Source: Octopus sinensis
Taxonomy: Eukaryota
DNA length: 64,000 nt
NCBI RefSeq assembly: GCF_006345805.1
Contig: NC_043011.1
Location: 7,254,001-7,318,000, forward strand
Direction: 5' to 3'
Shown here: positions 13,615-27,884 of the stretch, one piece after another
Numbering within the stretch: the first letter of the stretch is position 1
How the letters are laid out: each line of letters opens with the position of its first letter
Position numbers and translations under genes: made by a program
Notes under the pieces: generated by a model
Told to the model about the DNA's origin: nothing
Databases searched by the model: none
Seen by the model: only the letters and a program-made list of their open reading frames with translations

Positions 13615-13838
13615 TTAACCCTTTCACATTCGGGTTACCCAGTCAAATGTAAAGCTTATCTATTCACATAGTCTTGAATTAATATTGCATTATCTTATAG
13701 CTTCAAGATTTCAATGACATGATTGTTTTTAGAATGACATTGTAGGACAGGTGTGGAAGGTTGGATCTGGTCAGCCTGAACATGAAACAGGTAGAATATT
13801 TTGGCCAGATGTGGCTAGCTTAAATGCTAAAGAGTTAA
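13615..13838 (+). mobile_element. piggyBac-type TTAA MITE (family P1)
   Basis: ttaaccctttcacatt ... aatgctaaagagttaa: imperfect TIRs with TTAA on both sides. Confidence 0.7.
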
Positions 13839-14622
13839 ACTTTGAAGAGAAGAGAACTAGTGAGATGCGAACTAGTGAGATGCGAACCTTGAATACAGTA
13901 ATATCTCTACTCTGAAACATTTCTGCTTGCGTAATAACAATAATTACGATATTATTTATTCTGTGGTTTATTCAGAGAAGGGAGAATAGTACACTTGACA
14001 TTTTGTAGAGTTTCAGTGACTGCTGAGAGGAAGAGGAAAAAAAATTATAACAATGCTTACTACAGTAGGAAGTATCATTTGAAAATATCACATTACCTTC
14101 AAACTGGAAATTTTATCTGAATGCTAAGAGGGTGAAATCCATTAAAAGGCACTCAAAGGCTAGGATGCTGTGTTAAACCAGGGAACATACTAAGTGTACC
14201 ACCCAAGAATGGTTAGTCCTTCCAACAGCCTTATTACAGTTTTTGTCTAACCACTTTCAATCAAAACAATGGTATGGCGCCATGCACCAAGATCAAAACA
14301 AGAACCACATTGTGAAGCAAACCTCTTAACCAAAAAGCTGTGCCTGGTTCTGTTTGGCATCCAACAATGACTTAACTGATTTAAGAGGAATCATAGACAA
14401 TTAGAGAATAGTTAATCTGAAGACCTTCACAACCATTGCATTTAATGCAATCACTATCAAAAGCTCTGTTTCTAAATAAATTAGATAGGATAGGAAATTG
14501 GGCAAAGCATACACTGATTGCTACCATGCACCACAAACAAACAGCTATTGCAAATAAGGGAATCCAAGCCATTAAGGGAACCTCTACATGACCAAATCTC
14601 CCTCCGTTCACACACTACCATT

Positions 14623-14829
14623 TTAAACCTTTAGAATTCAAACTACTCTGTCAAATGTAATGCTTATATATTCACATCATTTTGAATTAATTGTCTTGTT
14701 GCTTTAAGATTTCAATACTGTGATTATTTTTAGAATGAAACTGTAGGGAATGTGTGAGAGGCCGGATTTTGGTTGATGTAAACAGTTTAAATAGGCTGAA
14801 TATACTCAGTTTAAATGCTAAAGGGCTAA
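14623..14829 (+). mobile_element. piggyBac-type TTAA MITE (family P1)
   Basis: ttaaacctttagaattc ... aatgctaaagggctaa; interior similar to 127-352. Confidence 0.65.
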
Positions 14830-16754
14830 AAAAGGGGAAAAAAATGGGACACATTGGATAATGCATATACTATACAAATATACAATGAGTGAAGGTAGCA
14901 AGCTGGTAGAAATATTAGTACACCGGGCGAAATGCTTAGTGGTACTTTGTCTGTCTTTATGTTCTGAATTCAAGTTTCACTGAAGTCGACTTTGCCTTTC
15001 AATCCTTTTGGGGATCAATAAATTAAGTACCAGTTGCATACTGGGGGTTGATCTAATCGACTGCCCCCACCCCACCCCAAAAATTTCACGCCTTGTGCCT
15101 AGAGCAGGAAAGAATATACAATGTCTGAAAATAATATGAGTTAGTCACAGTTGAATGCACATATGTGTGTGTGTGTTAGAGAAATGAATTAGGACAAACT
15201 TTTACGCATATAATTTTCACTAAGCATTTTGTTGCTTAATTTTGTGACAGACTTCAAAAGTAAAGCAATAGACAAATGAACATATACATAAACAATTAAA
15301 TTAATTAGTTTTCTATATTCAAATAAAATGAGGGAAATATATTTTCATAGATAGAGGCTTTTGTGAACATGTTATTGATTTTTCTTTTGTCTTTGTTGTC
15401 AATAAGATAAAATAAAAGTAGATATTTAATTTAGCTAAAAACTGTATTTTCACATAAAATATTCATTCCATTTACTAAAACTGACATTTGGTGTCATATG
15501 TTTCAGGTAAATAGAGGGAAATCATTGAAAATAAAATGTAAAGAAAATTGAGGCAGGGAGGTCCAATAAACACAAAAGTTGCCAGGTTATCGAGTACATG
15601 ATTGTGAGTTCAAAACCTACTTGAATGTGGACGAGCAAAATTCTGTTTACTTATATTATCCAGACTAACAATGGGTTATCTTTTATCATTTATTTGTTTC
15701 AGCCATTAAACTGTGGCCATGCTGGGGCAACATCCTTGAAGAATTTTTAGTCAAATGAATTGACCCCACTACTTACTCTTTTAAACCTGGTATTTACTCT
15801 ATCGGTCTCTTTTATTGAACTGCTAAGTTACAGGGATGTAAACACACCAACACCTGTTATCAAGCGGTGGTGGGGGACAAACATAGACACAAAGAGACAC
15901 ACACACACACGTCAGGCTTCTTTCAGTTTCTTATTTCTTTATTGCCCACAAGGGGCTAAACATAGAGGAGACAAACAAAGACAGACAAAGGGATTAAGTC
16001 GATTACTTCGACCCCAGTGCATAACTGGTACTTTATTTATCGCCCCCGAAAGGATTAAAGGCAAAGTCGACCTCAGCAGAATTTGAACTCAGAACGTAAC
16101 GGCAGACGAAATGCTGCTAAGCATTTCGCCTGGTGTGCTAACGTTTCTACCAGCTCGCCTCTTTCAGTTTGTCTGTCAAATCCAGTCATAAAACATTGGT
16201 TGGCCTGAGGCTATAAATGACACTTGCCTAAGATATCACGCAGTGGAACTGAACTTAAAACGACGTGGCTAGGAAGTAAGCTTCTAACCACACAGCCATG
16301 CCTGTGCCTATGATTAAAAAGAAATCTTCAGTCTGAGGAGCAGGTGATGATCTACAACAGAAAAAGAACACTTGAAGAACAGCTGTAAAATAAAATACAA
16401 GTTTGTGTGCTGTTGGGTGGGGGCTGAATTCTGATGACGTGAGCAAAGTTCTCTAATTAACACATTTGTTACCGTATTTCTGTTGTTGCAAGTGATTTTT
16501 TAAAAAAATGAAAAATTTAGTAAAACAACTAACATTGTTATCTGTTGTGGCATGGAATTTTAATTTTGATCACTTTAAAATAGAATTTGTTTGAAAAAAA
16601 ACTAGGGTCAATCCCAGGTGAATAAATAACCATATATAAAAGGTTTCAGGTAATCAGTCAAAAATTGGATAATTTTGAAAAATATGCATAAAACGCAGCA
16701 GCCATACCACAAGCTGCGATCAACTACATTAATGTATTATCAGTAAATATCTTC

Positions 16755-17043
16755 TTAATCCTTTTTGCTCCTCGTGGAGCATAGGGCCGGTTTCCCGGTT
16801 TCCTTGGCGTATAGGTTCCCCACCTGGATGGGACGCCGGTCCATCGTAGTTGAGCTGCAAGATTGTAGGAGGAAAGAGAGAAAGTTGTGGCGAGTCAGCA
16901 GAAGTTCGCCAGTACCTTCTACCAGAGCCGCGTGGAGCTTAGGTGTTTTGCTCATAAACACACACATCGCCCGGTCTGAGATTCGAACCCACGATCCCAC
17001 AACCATGAATCCGCTGCTCTAACCACTAGGCCATGTGCCTCCA
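16755..17043 (-). mobile_element. tRNA-derived SINE with V-domain-like core
   Basis: Minus-strand head ggaggcacatggcctagtggttagagcagcgg...gggttcgaatctc and core acgatggaccggcgtcccatccagg; same family as 50076-50400(+). Confidence 0.75.
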
Positions 17044-17734
17044 TGTCAGTAAATATATGGTGCTTATATTCTTTTCTACTCTAGCCACAAGGCCCAAAAT
17101 CTTTGGGGAGGAGACCAGTTGATTAGATCGACACCAGTATGCAACTGGTACTTAATTTATTGACCCCAAAAGAATGGAAGGCAAAGTTGACCTCAGTGGA
17201 AGGCAAAGTCAACCTTGGCGGAATATGGTGCTCATGTTGTGCACATCAAGGGTGAGGAAAAAAAGAACATCAGCATGGAAAAGACACACACACACAAAGG
17301 TGTGGCTGTGTGGTAAGAAGTTAGCTTTCCAACCACATTGTTTTGGGTTCAATCTCACTGTGTGGCACCTTGCACTAGTGTCTTCTACTATGGCCTCAGG
17401 CCGACTAAACCATTGGGAGTGGATTTGAAAGAATCCTGTTATTCTTATATATGTGTCTTTGTTTGTCCTGCACCACAACATGGCAACTGGTGTTTGTGTG
17501 TTTACATCCCTGTAATTTATCAGTTCAGCAAGAAAGACCAATAGAATAAGTACCAGGCATTAAAAAAAAAAATGAATTGGGGTCAATTCACCAGACTGAA
17601 AATCCTTCAAAGTGGTGCCCCAACAAGGTTGTAGTAAAATGGCTAAAACAAGTAAAAAATAAAAGAAACATACAAAATTAATGATGATGGCTACAACAAC
17701 TATTGTTCTTTAGTCACAGCATATCTTTTTATAT

Positions 17735-18127
17735 CTCTTTTACTCTTTTACTTGTTTCAGTCATTTGACTGAGGCCATGCTGGAGCACCGCCTTTAGTCG
17801 AGCAAATCGACCCCGGGATTTATTCTTTGTAAGCCCAGTACTTATTCTATCGGTCTCTTTTGCTGAACCGCTAAGTAACGGAGACATAAACACACCAGCA
17901 TCGGTTGTCAAGCAATGCTAGGAGGACAAACACAGACACACAAACACATACATATACATATATACGACAGGCTTCTTTCAGTTTCCGTCTACCAAATCCA
18001 CTCACAAGGCATTGGTCGGCCCGGGGCTACAGCAGAAGACACTTGCCCAAGATGCCACGCAGTGGGACTGAACACGGAACCATGAGGTTGGTTAGCAAGC
18101 TACTTACCACACAGCCACTCCTGCGCC
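17735..18127 (-). mobile_element. Full-length tRNA-derived SINE (family B, CORE-like, octopus OR-type)
   Basis: Head ggcgcaggagtggctgtgtggtaagtagcttgc, gtggcatcttgggcaagtgtcttc, internal (TA/TG)n and tail ggcggtgctccagcatggcc..agtcaaatgactgaaacaagtaaaagag. Confidence 0.85.
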
Positions 18128-18770
18128 TATATGGAGACAATTTTTAAACAAGCAACAAGATGAGGATGTCCACATGTCCTAGTTTTTGAACAATAGTTTG
18201 GGGTGCCTGAACGCGACAAACTGGCAGAAACGTTAGCACAATGGGCGAAATGCTTAGTGATATTTCATCTGTCTTTACGTTCTGAGTTCAAATTCTGCCG
18301 TGGTCGACTTTGCCTTTCATGCGGTTGATCTAACTGACTGGCCCCACTCCCCAAAAATTAAGGGCTTTGTGCCTAGAGTAGAAAAGAATAGTTTAGTTGC
18401 CTGGAAAATATGCTTCGGCACAGTATTTTCTTGCAGTTTTTTTTCATTTTATTTTCATTTCAAAAATAAGTTTGTGTGAATACTTTCCAGTTTGTTTGTG
18501 TGGAAGAGATATTTTTATATTTTTCATTAAATTAATCTTATTTTATTTATTTTTGTTTCTACAAATCTCTTCTTAGCTTTTAGAAATACAGCTTCCATTT
18601 TAAAATTTATTCAATTTTCATGAAAGCACAAACCAACAACACTAGTGATTAGTCACATATTTTTTTTTTGTTACAATAATTAAAATTTTTGTTAATTAAA
18701 AAAATTTTTTTGATAAATCATTTAACAAAGTACACTGTCAATAATTCTTATTCACATACAAAAAAAGGCA

Positions 18771-18805
<35 letters not shown>

Positions 18806-21800
18806 TAGGCACAGAATGGCTACAAGGTCCAATCCTTGTTATCGTGGTGACTCTTGTGTGCCTCAGTCACCCTGAAACCTATGCCAGTGGAGTGCAAACT
18901 CCTTGAAGGGCTTCTCAAGTTGGACTAGTCAGAGGATAGAGGCCAGACTAATATCGTCCACCTCTTCCTAAATGCAAACTTGAATTTGCATAAGGCCAAC
19001 ATTCCTACCGAGAAACAAAAAAGCAAAGTTACAAGAGCACCAACGATAACAATTTAAAATCAAAAAGACCAGGGAGAGGAAGGCCTTTCTTCAAGTCTCC
19101 GAAATCTGCTGCAATCAGTTTTACTATTCATGACACTGTATGTTATCACCAACTCATAACTAGCCACCCAGCCGCCTAACCAGCTTACCATAGCCAATTA
19201 TAGGTCATCAAGATAACATAACTTAGCTATTACACACATTCATACTGTTAGGCTCCGGGGGGGGGGGAGTGTCACCCTCATACCTACATACTCAACATCT
19301 GTTATTTCTCAACAGTCAAGATTCCTGATAAAAACTGAACCTAGGTTTCATTTTGAACATTTTGACTTCAAAACTACTGTACACAGAATCTTCCAAAGAT
19401 ACAAATTTTAGGCACAAGCATGGCCGTGGGGTTAAGAATCTTGCTTTACAATCACATGGGTTTGAGTTCAGTCAAATTGCACAGCTAGAGGGCAATTAAT
19501 GCGTTGTGAGTGGTAAACAGAAACTGTCGTGTGTGTGTGTGACAAGAGTGACAGAATGGAGTGGGAAAGATCCAGGCTAACTATGTTTAACAGCGACTGA
19601 AATCTCAGAAGTGATAAAATCCAAGTGAGGTGTATACCACCAGCTACTCTTCAGGCCAAGTATATCTTGATTAGATTAAAGGGATCACACTGATCCCCGG
19701 ATCTTACATTTACATATATATATTATATATATATGTGCCGGTGGCACATAAAATGTGCCATCCAAACGTGGTCGATTCCAGCTCTACCTGACTGGCTCCC
19801 CTGCCGGTGACACTCTTGGAGTGGTTGGCATTAGGAAGGGCATCCAGCTGTAGAAATCTTGCCAGATCAGATTCAAGCCTGGTGCAGCCTACTGGCTTGC
19901 CAGTTGCCAGTCAAACCATCCAACCCATACCAGCATGGAAAACAGACATTAAACGATGATGATGATTATAAACACACACACACACATGACAAGCTTCCAC
20001 AAAGCTTCACTACCAAATTCACTCATAAAGCATTGTGTGTGTGTGTATCTTTGTGCATGTGTCTCCCTCCACTGCCATTGTCTGACAACAGGTGTTGGTT
20101 TGTTTACATCCTTTATAACTTAACGGTTCAACAGAAGGAACCGATAGAATAAGTACCAGACTTAGAAAGAAAAATAAATACTGAGCTTGATTTGTGTGAC
20201 TAAACTCTTCGAGGCAGTACCCCAGCATGGCTGCAGTCCAATGACTGAAGCCAGTAAAATATAAAAAGATAAAATCTTATCCCAAATGATATTTATTAAC
20301 ATGAAATTGGAAAACATTTAATCTACCACAATGAAAACCCCCTGAAGTATTCAAGAAGTCAAGATACATGCGTGTGCACACGCACATGAGATGGTGGAGG
20401 GGGTGAGTGCTGGGCCAACAATGGACTCCAAAATAACAATGGAAGTTTAAAAAAATATGAGTCCATCTGTACTAAAAACGATAATGTACTGGGGTGGGGG
20501 TAAGAATTTCAGTGTTTTTCACTATTATTGTTTTTATTATTTTTGTTGTTGTTTAACCAAAAATCAGCCCTGCTCCAGCTTTGACCATTTTGTTTTCTTC
20601 TACATTAGTAGGCACAGGCACAGGTGTGCCAGTATATAAGAAGTTTGTTTCTTGGTCATATGGTTCCAGGTTCAGACCTACTGCATGGCACCTTGGTCAA
20701 GTGCTTTTTAATGTAAGGCAAGGCTAACGAAAGGCTTGAGTGATTTCCGTAGACAGAAACTGAAAGAATCCTGTCACACACACATGTCTGTATGTGGCAT
20801 TAGGAAGCGCATCCAACCATAGAAAACCATGTCAAATAAGACCAGAGTCTGGTGCAGCCTTCCAGCTTGCTAGCCTTGGTCAAACCATCCAACCCACGCC
20901 AGTATGGACAAACTTGTCCAAGATGCCATGCAGAAGGACTGAACCCAAAGCCATGTGCTTGGGAAACAAACTTCTTACCACATCTATATGTTGATGAATC
21001 TTTCACTTGTTTTGATGAATGGATTGCAGCTATGCTACTGCACCACCTTATGCCATTCCTATATTTTAATTAAGTGTAATCTTAGGAAGATTTGGCTGCT
21101 ATTTCCAACAGATTGAGCAACCATGCACAGGCTGCCTAGGCTTTGGCTCATTTCCCATCAAAAGTGTAAAATTGGCAGAAACAGAAAGGAAGATGATCAG
21201 ATAATTTTTTGAAAATATCAAGTTCAATGCTTCACAATATTTCAGTTCAAATTCCTGCAAAATTCAACCATTACTTTGCATTCTTTCTTCCCAGAGAAAT
21301 GGGAAGGAAAAGAAAAGATCATCAGAGTTAAGAAATGGTATGTTAGCAACAGATGAATTCAAGACAACCAGTCTTTGTTCCAAGTCAAAAAAATTTTTTA
21401 TTATAACATCAAGTTTTTTCTCTTATTGCCAACATATACAAAATATAAAAAAAAAAGAAGTCATGAAGCAGAAGATATTGTTTTGTATGTAAGTTTTTTT
21501 TTTTTGTAGCTGGTTAGTGTAAGTATGTGGGAGTGTGTGTTTGGCAGTAGATTTGTGTGTATGTTTTGTGTGTGTGTACATCTCTCTGACATGTCAATGT
21601 GTGTTTTGTTGAGTTGCACACATTTGAAGAAGTGGTTTGACTGCTGGAGTTCTTAAACATATTAGAAGCGCTGAATAGACACAAAGATGTAAAAAGAAAC
21701 ACACACACACACACACACAAAGTACATTCAAACATGTTTGAATTTGCAGGTCAGACTGAAGAATAAATAGATCCAAATGGCCAAACAGGAACATTTATTC

Positions 21801-22269
21801 CTAAACGTGTTGTCCATAATTTAGGCCAATGATGAGATGACAGAATCGTTAGCACATCAGATATTTATTCACTGCTATTTCTTCCAGCTTTTAACACCTT
21901 TGGTTCAAATCCTGCTGAAGTCGACTTTGCCTTTTATCCCTTTAGGGTTAATAAAATATGGTACCAGTCATGTACTGGTGTCAATGTAGCCTCCCTTCAA
22001 ACATTGCTGGTTTGGACCCTGCAATAGATCAGCATCCTGTTGAAAGGATTTGAATCTTAGTCTCTTATATGCCATGGAGATAAGTCCAAAGGCTCAAGAA
22101 AAGTTTAAAATGTTTAAAGATTAATAAAAGGGGTCAACATATATTATTATCAATAAATAAAAGAAAGAAAATGAGGTACCAGCATAGTTTCTGTGCAGAG
22201 ATGTGTTGGAGAGGAAAAGCTCATCCATATGGTGTGTGTGGGGTAAAGTTCAGGGAGATCCAACCCTTG

Positions 22270-23235
22270 ATGGCAACAAAGGATCACTCTCTCAGAGTGA
22301 AAGGCAGATTGTTTGATGCCTGTGTGTGAACAGCTATGCTGCATGGCAGTGAAACATGGGCTGAAACAGCCGAGGATATGCGTAGATTTGAGAGAAATTA
22401 AACCAGTATGCTTCACTGGATGTGCAATGTCAGTGTGCATGTTTGACAGTGTAAGCATCATGAGAGAAAAGTTAGGCAGAAGAGGAATCAGATGTGGTGT
22501 GCAAGAGAGACAACTGTGCTAGTATGGTCATGTGATGTATATGGATGAGAACAGCTGTGTAAAGAAGTGCCGATCTCTAACCGCAGAGAGAACCTGTGGT
22601 AGAGGTAGACCCAGGAAGACATGGGATGAGGTGGTGAAGCAGGATCTTTGAACTTTGAACCTCACAGAGGCAATGACTAGTGACCGAGACCTTTGGCAAT
22701 GTGCTCTGCTTAAGAGGACCCATCAAGCCAAGTGAATCTGTGCTGGTGGCATGTAAAAAAAAAAAAAAAAAAAATCAACCTTTGCACACTGGGCCTCACT
22801 GAGTTCCTTTTGAGCATTGGGCTTGATGGAGGCAAAGTTGCTGCGTTCCTTTCAAGCAGACCTCATGCAGGGGGCCTCCTGAAGGGAAAGTGGCTGAATT
22901 CCTTTCAAGTGTTGGTCCTCACGAAGGCAATGACCAAGGTCTTTGGCATTATGTTGTGCTTGAGAAGAAGACCCCTCAAGCTGAGCAAAATTGCAGGCCT
23001 GGCAGATGCTGGCCTCATGCAAATTGGCACCCATGCCAGTGGCATGTAAACACATCCTGGTGTCATGCAAATGGCACTCGTGCCAGTGGCATGAGTGGTT
23101 GGCATTGGGAAGGGCATCCAATCATAGAAAACCATGCAGAATCAGACTGGGCTCTGGTGTAGCCTTCCAGTGTGCCAGACCAATCAAACCGTCCAACCCA
23201 TGCCAGTACGGACAACAGATGTTAAATGATGATGA
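22270..23235 (+). mobile_element. RTE LINE 3' fragment (decayed RT C-terminus plus tail)
   Basis: Translates to KGRLFDACV*TAMLHGSETWA...YGHVM...TCGRGRPRKTWDEVVK with stops, followed by the family tail ending in (GAT)n. Confidence 0.85.
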
Positions 23236-24431
23236 TGAAACTTTATGAAAGCCCATCATATACATGTGTGTTTGTATTTGTCTTACCTACATTGATTGAC
23301 AACTAGTGTTGGTTTGTTTATGTCCCTGTAACTTAGCAGTTCAGCAAAAGAGAGTGATAGAATAAGTAGCAGGCTTGGCAAAATAAGTACTGGGGCCGAT
23401 TTGCTCGACTAAAACCTTCAAGACGGTACCCCAGCATGGCCACAGTTTAATGACTGACACAAGTAAAAGATATATTTCTTTAGCAGGGAGTATGGACTAA
23501 ACATTGCCATGGGCCAGGTATGAGCTGCAAACCATATGTTTGACAGCCCAGCCCTATGCTACCAACCTGATGCCAAAGAAACAAACACACACACAAACAT
23601 ACTACCAAAAAGCACACACACACAGGCATACACACACATATACACTAACCTGTTACAAAATATATACTCTCACACTTGCTATAAAACATACATATGTGCA
23701 CATACACTGAAGCATACATAAACTCTAGCCTGAAGCTACACACACACACACACACACAATATATACACACAAACATACTCAAACAGATGTTTTTTTCAAA
23801 AACATAACAAAAAAAGAAATTATAAATTAACTGAAATGAAAAAAAAAACAAAAAACAAACAAACAAAAACAATTCCAGATTTCTCTCGTTGAGTTACTAA
23901 TTAGAGTTTTATTTATAAACTCTATAATATAGCCATGTATAAACACTTGATGTTTAAATCCAGCACAGATCTAAACACGAGCATTGAGAAAGGAACATGC
24001 TGCAGAAACTTTGCAGTGAAGACCAAAAATATGGGGGGAAGGGGGTAGTTTTTTCATTTATTTATTTAAAAAATAAACACACACACACACATATAAATAA
24101 ATAACAAGGAAACAAAACAAGACAAGCACTTTAGTGGTTGTGTGTGATGTAAACTGACTTCAGATAAATATACAAATTGAATCAGTGTGTTATTGGCAGC
24201 TTGGAAGATTATTTCATGATGTACAGTGAAGTAGTTATACCAAAAAATACAATTTTTTTTTTTTATTCTTTTACTTGTTTCAGTCATTTGACTGCGGCCA
24301 TGCTGGAGCACCACCTTTAGTTGAGCAAATTTACCCCAGGACTTATTCTTTGTAAGCCTAGTACTTATTCTATCGGCTTCTTTTGCCAAACTGCTTGTCA
24401 AGCGATGTTGGGGGGAACAAATACAGACACA

Positions 24432-24487
<56 letters not shown>

Positions 24488-24759
24488 CATACATACATAC
24501 ATATGACGGGATTCTTTCAGTTTCTGTCTACTAAATCCACTCACAAGGCTTTGGTCGGCCTGAGGCTATAGTGGAAGACACTTGCCCAAGGTGCCACACA
24601 CTGGGACTGAACCCAGAACCATGTGATTGGGAAGCAAGCTATTTACCACGCAGCCACTCCATTGTATTTGTAGTGACAAAATATGAACTCCTATCGGAGT
24701 CTACATACTATGGACAAGAAGCATCTCTACCCATTCTACACACCACTTTCCTTGGATAA

Positions 24760-25010
24760 TGGAACGGCAACTAAAACATCCTACATATATTTTTATTTTT
24801 ACTTCTATCATCTTATTTCCCTTTATACTTCTTATTTCCATCCATTTCCAAAATAATTCCTCATATTGAACCCTACTATTTCCCTCTATTTAACCATCTC
24901 ACAACATCTCCGATGAAGAGATATCCCTAATATCCCAGAAACAGCTGTCAGACTAACTTTCTCTTTATAAATGTCCTGAAAATTCCACACAGCCTTGGCT
25001 TTGTTGCCTC
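24760..25010 (+). mobile_element. Penelope-like element terminal fragment with degenerate minimal hammerhead
   Basis: tct-ccgatga-a-gagata-loop-tatccc-a-gaaac-agct-gtc-aga at 24907-24952. Confidence 0.55.
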
Positions 25011-25769
25011 ATTTTATTTAACACACATATATATACATATGTGTGTGTATATATATATATATATGGTTGGTGTTAGGAAGGGCATCCAGCTGTAGAAACA
25101 CTGCCAGATCAGACAGGAGCCTGGTGCAGCCTCCTGTCGAACCATCCAACCCATGCTAGCATGGAAAACGGATGTTAAACGATGATGGTATATATATATA
25201 TATATATATATCACTTAGGCGTTGCAATACTAATAACCTGGCAGAGAACTCTATATGTACGCTTCTGAACGAAGAGTAATAAGAACAGAAATGACAAAGG
25301 AATAAAACAATTATTTTATGAACTTCATTAGCTTACAGCTGTTTCCATGATAAGATGCGGTGGACTCATGGTTGAGTGCCTGAAAAAGGCATTACACTTC
25401 ATGTTTATGGCTCTGACAAAACTCTAAAGTCTTACTCAGGCACTCAACTATACACACACATATATGCAGAAATGCTGGAGGAGGGATGATCTCAGGATGT
25501 GTAGACTCACAAAGGTGACAACAAAGAACCACAACAAGTGGAGAGACTGTGTTGAAACAGATTTGTCCAACCCATGTCAGCATGGGAAAGCAGAAATTAA
25601 AAATAAGGATGTATCAGACAAAGCAGGCACTGTCATGCCTGTGAGTTTGATAAGTTCACTCTGAAGATAACAAGCTTAGATTTGATTCAATTTGCTTTTG
25701 TGCAAGGAAAAGGTGCCACTGACATTCTTTTCTTAGTGAGACAACTTCAGGAGAATTTAACCTCTATAG

Positions 25770-26680
25770 CTAGCAGAGTGAAAGGCAGATTGTTTGATGC
25801 CTGTGTGTGAACAGCTGTGCTGCATGGCAGTGAAACATGGGCTGAAACAGCTGAGGACATGCATAGATTTGAGAGAAATTAAACCAGTATGCTTCGCTGG
25901 ATGTGCAATGTCAGTGTGCATGTTTGACAGAGTGTAAGCATCATGAGAGAAAAGTTAGGCATAAGAGGAATCAGATGTGGTTTGCAAGAGAGACAACTGT
26001 GCTAGTATGGTCATGTGATGCATATGGACAAGGACAGCTGTGTAAAGAAGTGCTGCTCTCTAGCTGTGGAGGGAACCTGAGGTAGAGATAGACTCAGGAA
26101 ACATGGGACAAGGTGGTGAAGCATAATCTTCAGACTTTGAGCCTCACAGAAGCAATGACTAGTGACCAAGACCTTTGGTGATGTGCTGTGCTTGAGAGGA
26201 CCCGTCAAGCCAAGTGCACCTGTGCAGGTGGCACATAAAGAACATCTTTTGAATGTTGTGCATCACAGAGGCAGAGTGGCTGAGTTCCTCTGGAGCATTG
26301 GGCCTCACGGAGGCAAAGTGAATGAATGAATGAATTTTTTTCGAGTGTTGGGCCTCACAGAGGCAATGACCAAGACCTTTGACATTATATCATGGTTGAG
26401 AAGAAGACCCATCAAGCTGAGCAAAATCAGTCATGGCAGATACCAGTATCACACAAAATGGCACCTGTGCCAGTGCCACGTAAATGCACCCTGGTGTCAT
26501 GCAAATGGCACCTGTGACAGTGGTATGTAAAAGCAACCATTACACTCTCAGACTGGTTGGCATTAGGAAGGGCATCCAGCTGTAGAAAACCATGCTAAAT
26601 CAGACTGGAGTTTGGTGCAGCCTTCCAGCATGCCAGTCCAGTCAAACTGTCCAACACATGCCAGCATGGACAACAGATGT
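25770..26680 (+). mobile_element. RTE LINE 3' fragment
   Basis: Same RTE segment as 22270-23235, with the family tail ending near 26680. Confidence 0.85.
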
Positions 26681-26779
26681 TGTATAAAAGAAAGAAAGAA
26701 AGAAAGAATAGTTGTCAGAGCAGAATATATATATATATATCTTCAGATAGATTAACAGAAAAAAAGGATTTTATATCTA

Positions 26780-26830
<51 letters not shown>

Positions 26831-26869
26831 GTCAGAGTAGAATCCAAGAAATGAAATATCTTAATTGTT

Positions 26870-27210
26870 TACAAGGATTGTTATTAGAAGTTATTGAGAG
26901 CTTCTGTTACCTAGGTGACTAAATAAACTGTGGTGGTGAGTGGGTGGATGCTGTGTAAGTATATTAGCCAGAGAAGAGGACAGCTTGAACATGTTCAGGA
27001 AACTATTATCTCTATTGACAGCGAAGGGCTTCTTACAAACCATATAATACCTGCGTATGAAATGCGATATTGCATGGCAGCAAAACATTGATACTGAGTG
27101 GAGAGGATGTGAAAAGGACAGAAAGAAATGAGGTGAAACAAAATGAGGTGTCAACTTGCTTGAACGACGGAGGAGTACAAGTGTACCGAGAGAAAAACTT
27201 GACATGAGAA
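26870..27210 (+). mobile_element. RTE LINE RT fragment, heavily decayed
   Basis: LEVIESFCYLGD motif and downstream RTE-like coding remnants. Confidence 0.6.
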
Positions 27211-27524
27211 GTATTGGCAGCAGTATGCAAAAGAAGACCGTGGCAGGGTGGATATGTGATGCAAGTGAAGATCAGTATTGGGAAGAAAATGCAAAAAGTC
27301 TGCAGAAGAAGAAGAAGAAGAAGGTCAAAGAAGACAGGGGCAGAAGTGGTGGGATCTAATCTCAGAAGGTTGAGCTTCACGAGAGAGATGATGAAAGCTT
27401 TGCAACAAGAGGAGAGACAATGATGACACCGAACCACATACCCTATATCTATGGCCATGATGTGTGTATACACACAAACATAAGTAAAACTGTGTATATA
27501 TATATGTGTGTGTGTGAGTGAAGA

Positions 27525-27825
27525 TGCGTGGCTTAGTGTTTAGGGTATGTGACTCACAATCATAAGGTTGGGAGTTCAATCCCTGGCAACGCGTTGTGTC
27601 CTTCAGCAAGACACTTTATTTTATTTCACGTTGCTCCAGCCCACTCAGTAGGCAAAAATGAGTAGTACCTGTATTTCAAAGGGCTGGCCTTATCACACCT
27701 TGTGTCACACTGAATCTCCCAGAGAACTAAGTTAAGGGTACACGTGACTGTGGAGTACTCAGCCACTTGCATGTTAATTTCACAAGCAAGCTGTTCTGTT
27801 GGTCATATCAGTTGGGACCTCGTCA
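27525..27825 (+). mobile_element. tRNA-derived SINE (family C)
   Basis: gcgtggcttagtgtttagggt...gggagttcaatccctggc head, gttgctccagcccactcagt, tail gtggagtactcagccacttgcatgttaatttc. An opposite-strand relative lies near 2040-2330. Confidence 0.7.
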
Positions 27826-27884
27826 TCATAACCAACAGAGTGCTCCATATATATATATATATAATGTGTATATATATATTCTCT

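Noticed and set aside
14381-14611. 76-aa hydrophobic, Cys-containing ORF
   Set aside because: Non-ATG start, no good splice sites and no recognisable family.
16439-16450. GTGAGCAAAGTT match to the miR-87 5' end
   Set aside because: Only 12 nt match; no precursor hairpin.
16990-17043. SINE heads as tRNA genes
   Set aside because: A/B boxes are present, but there is no complete cloverleaf and they continue into SINE cores.
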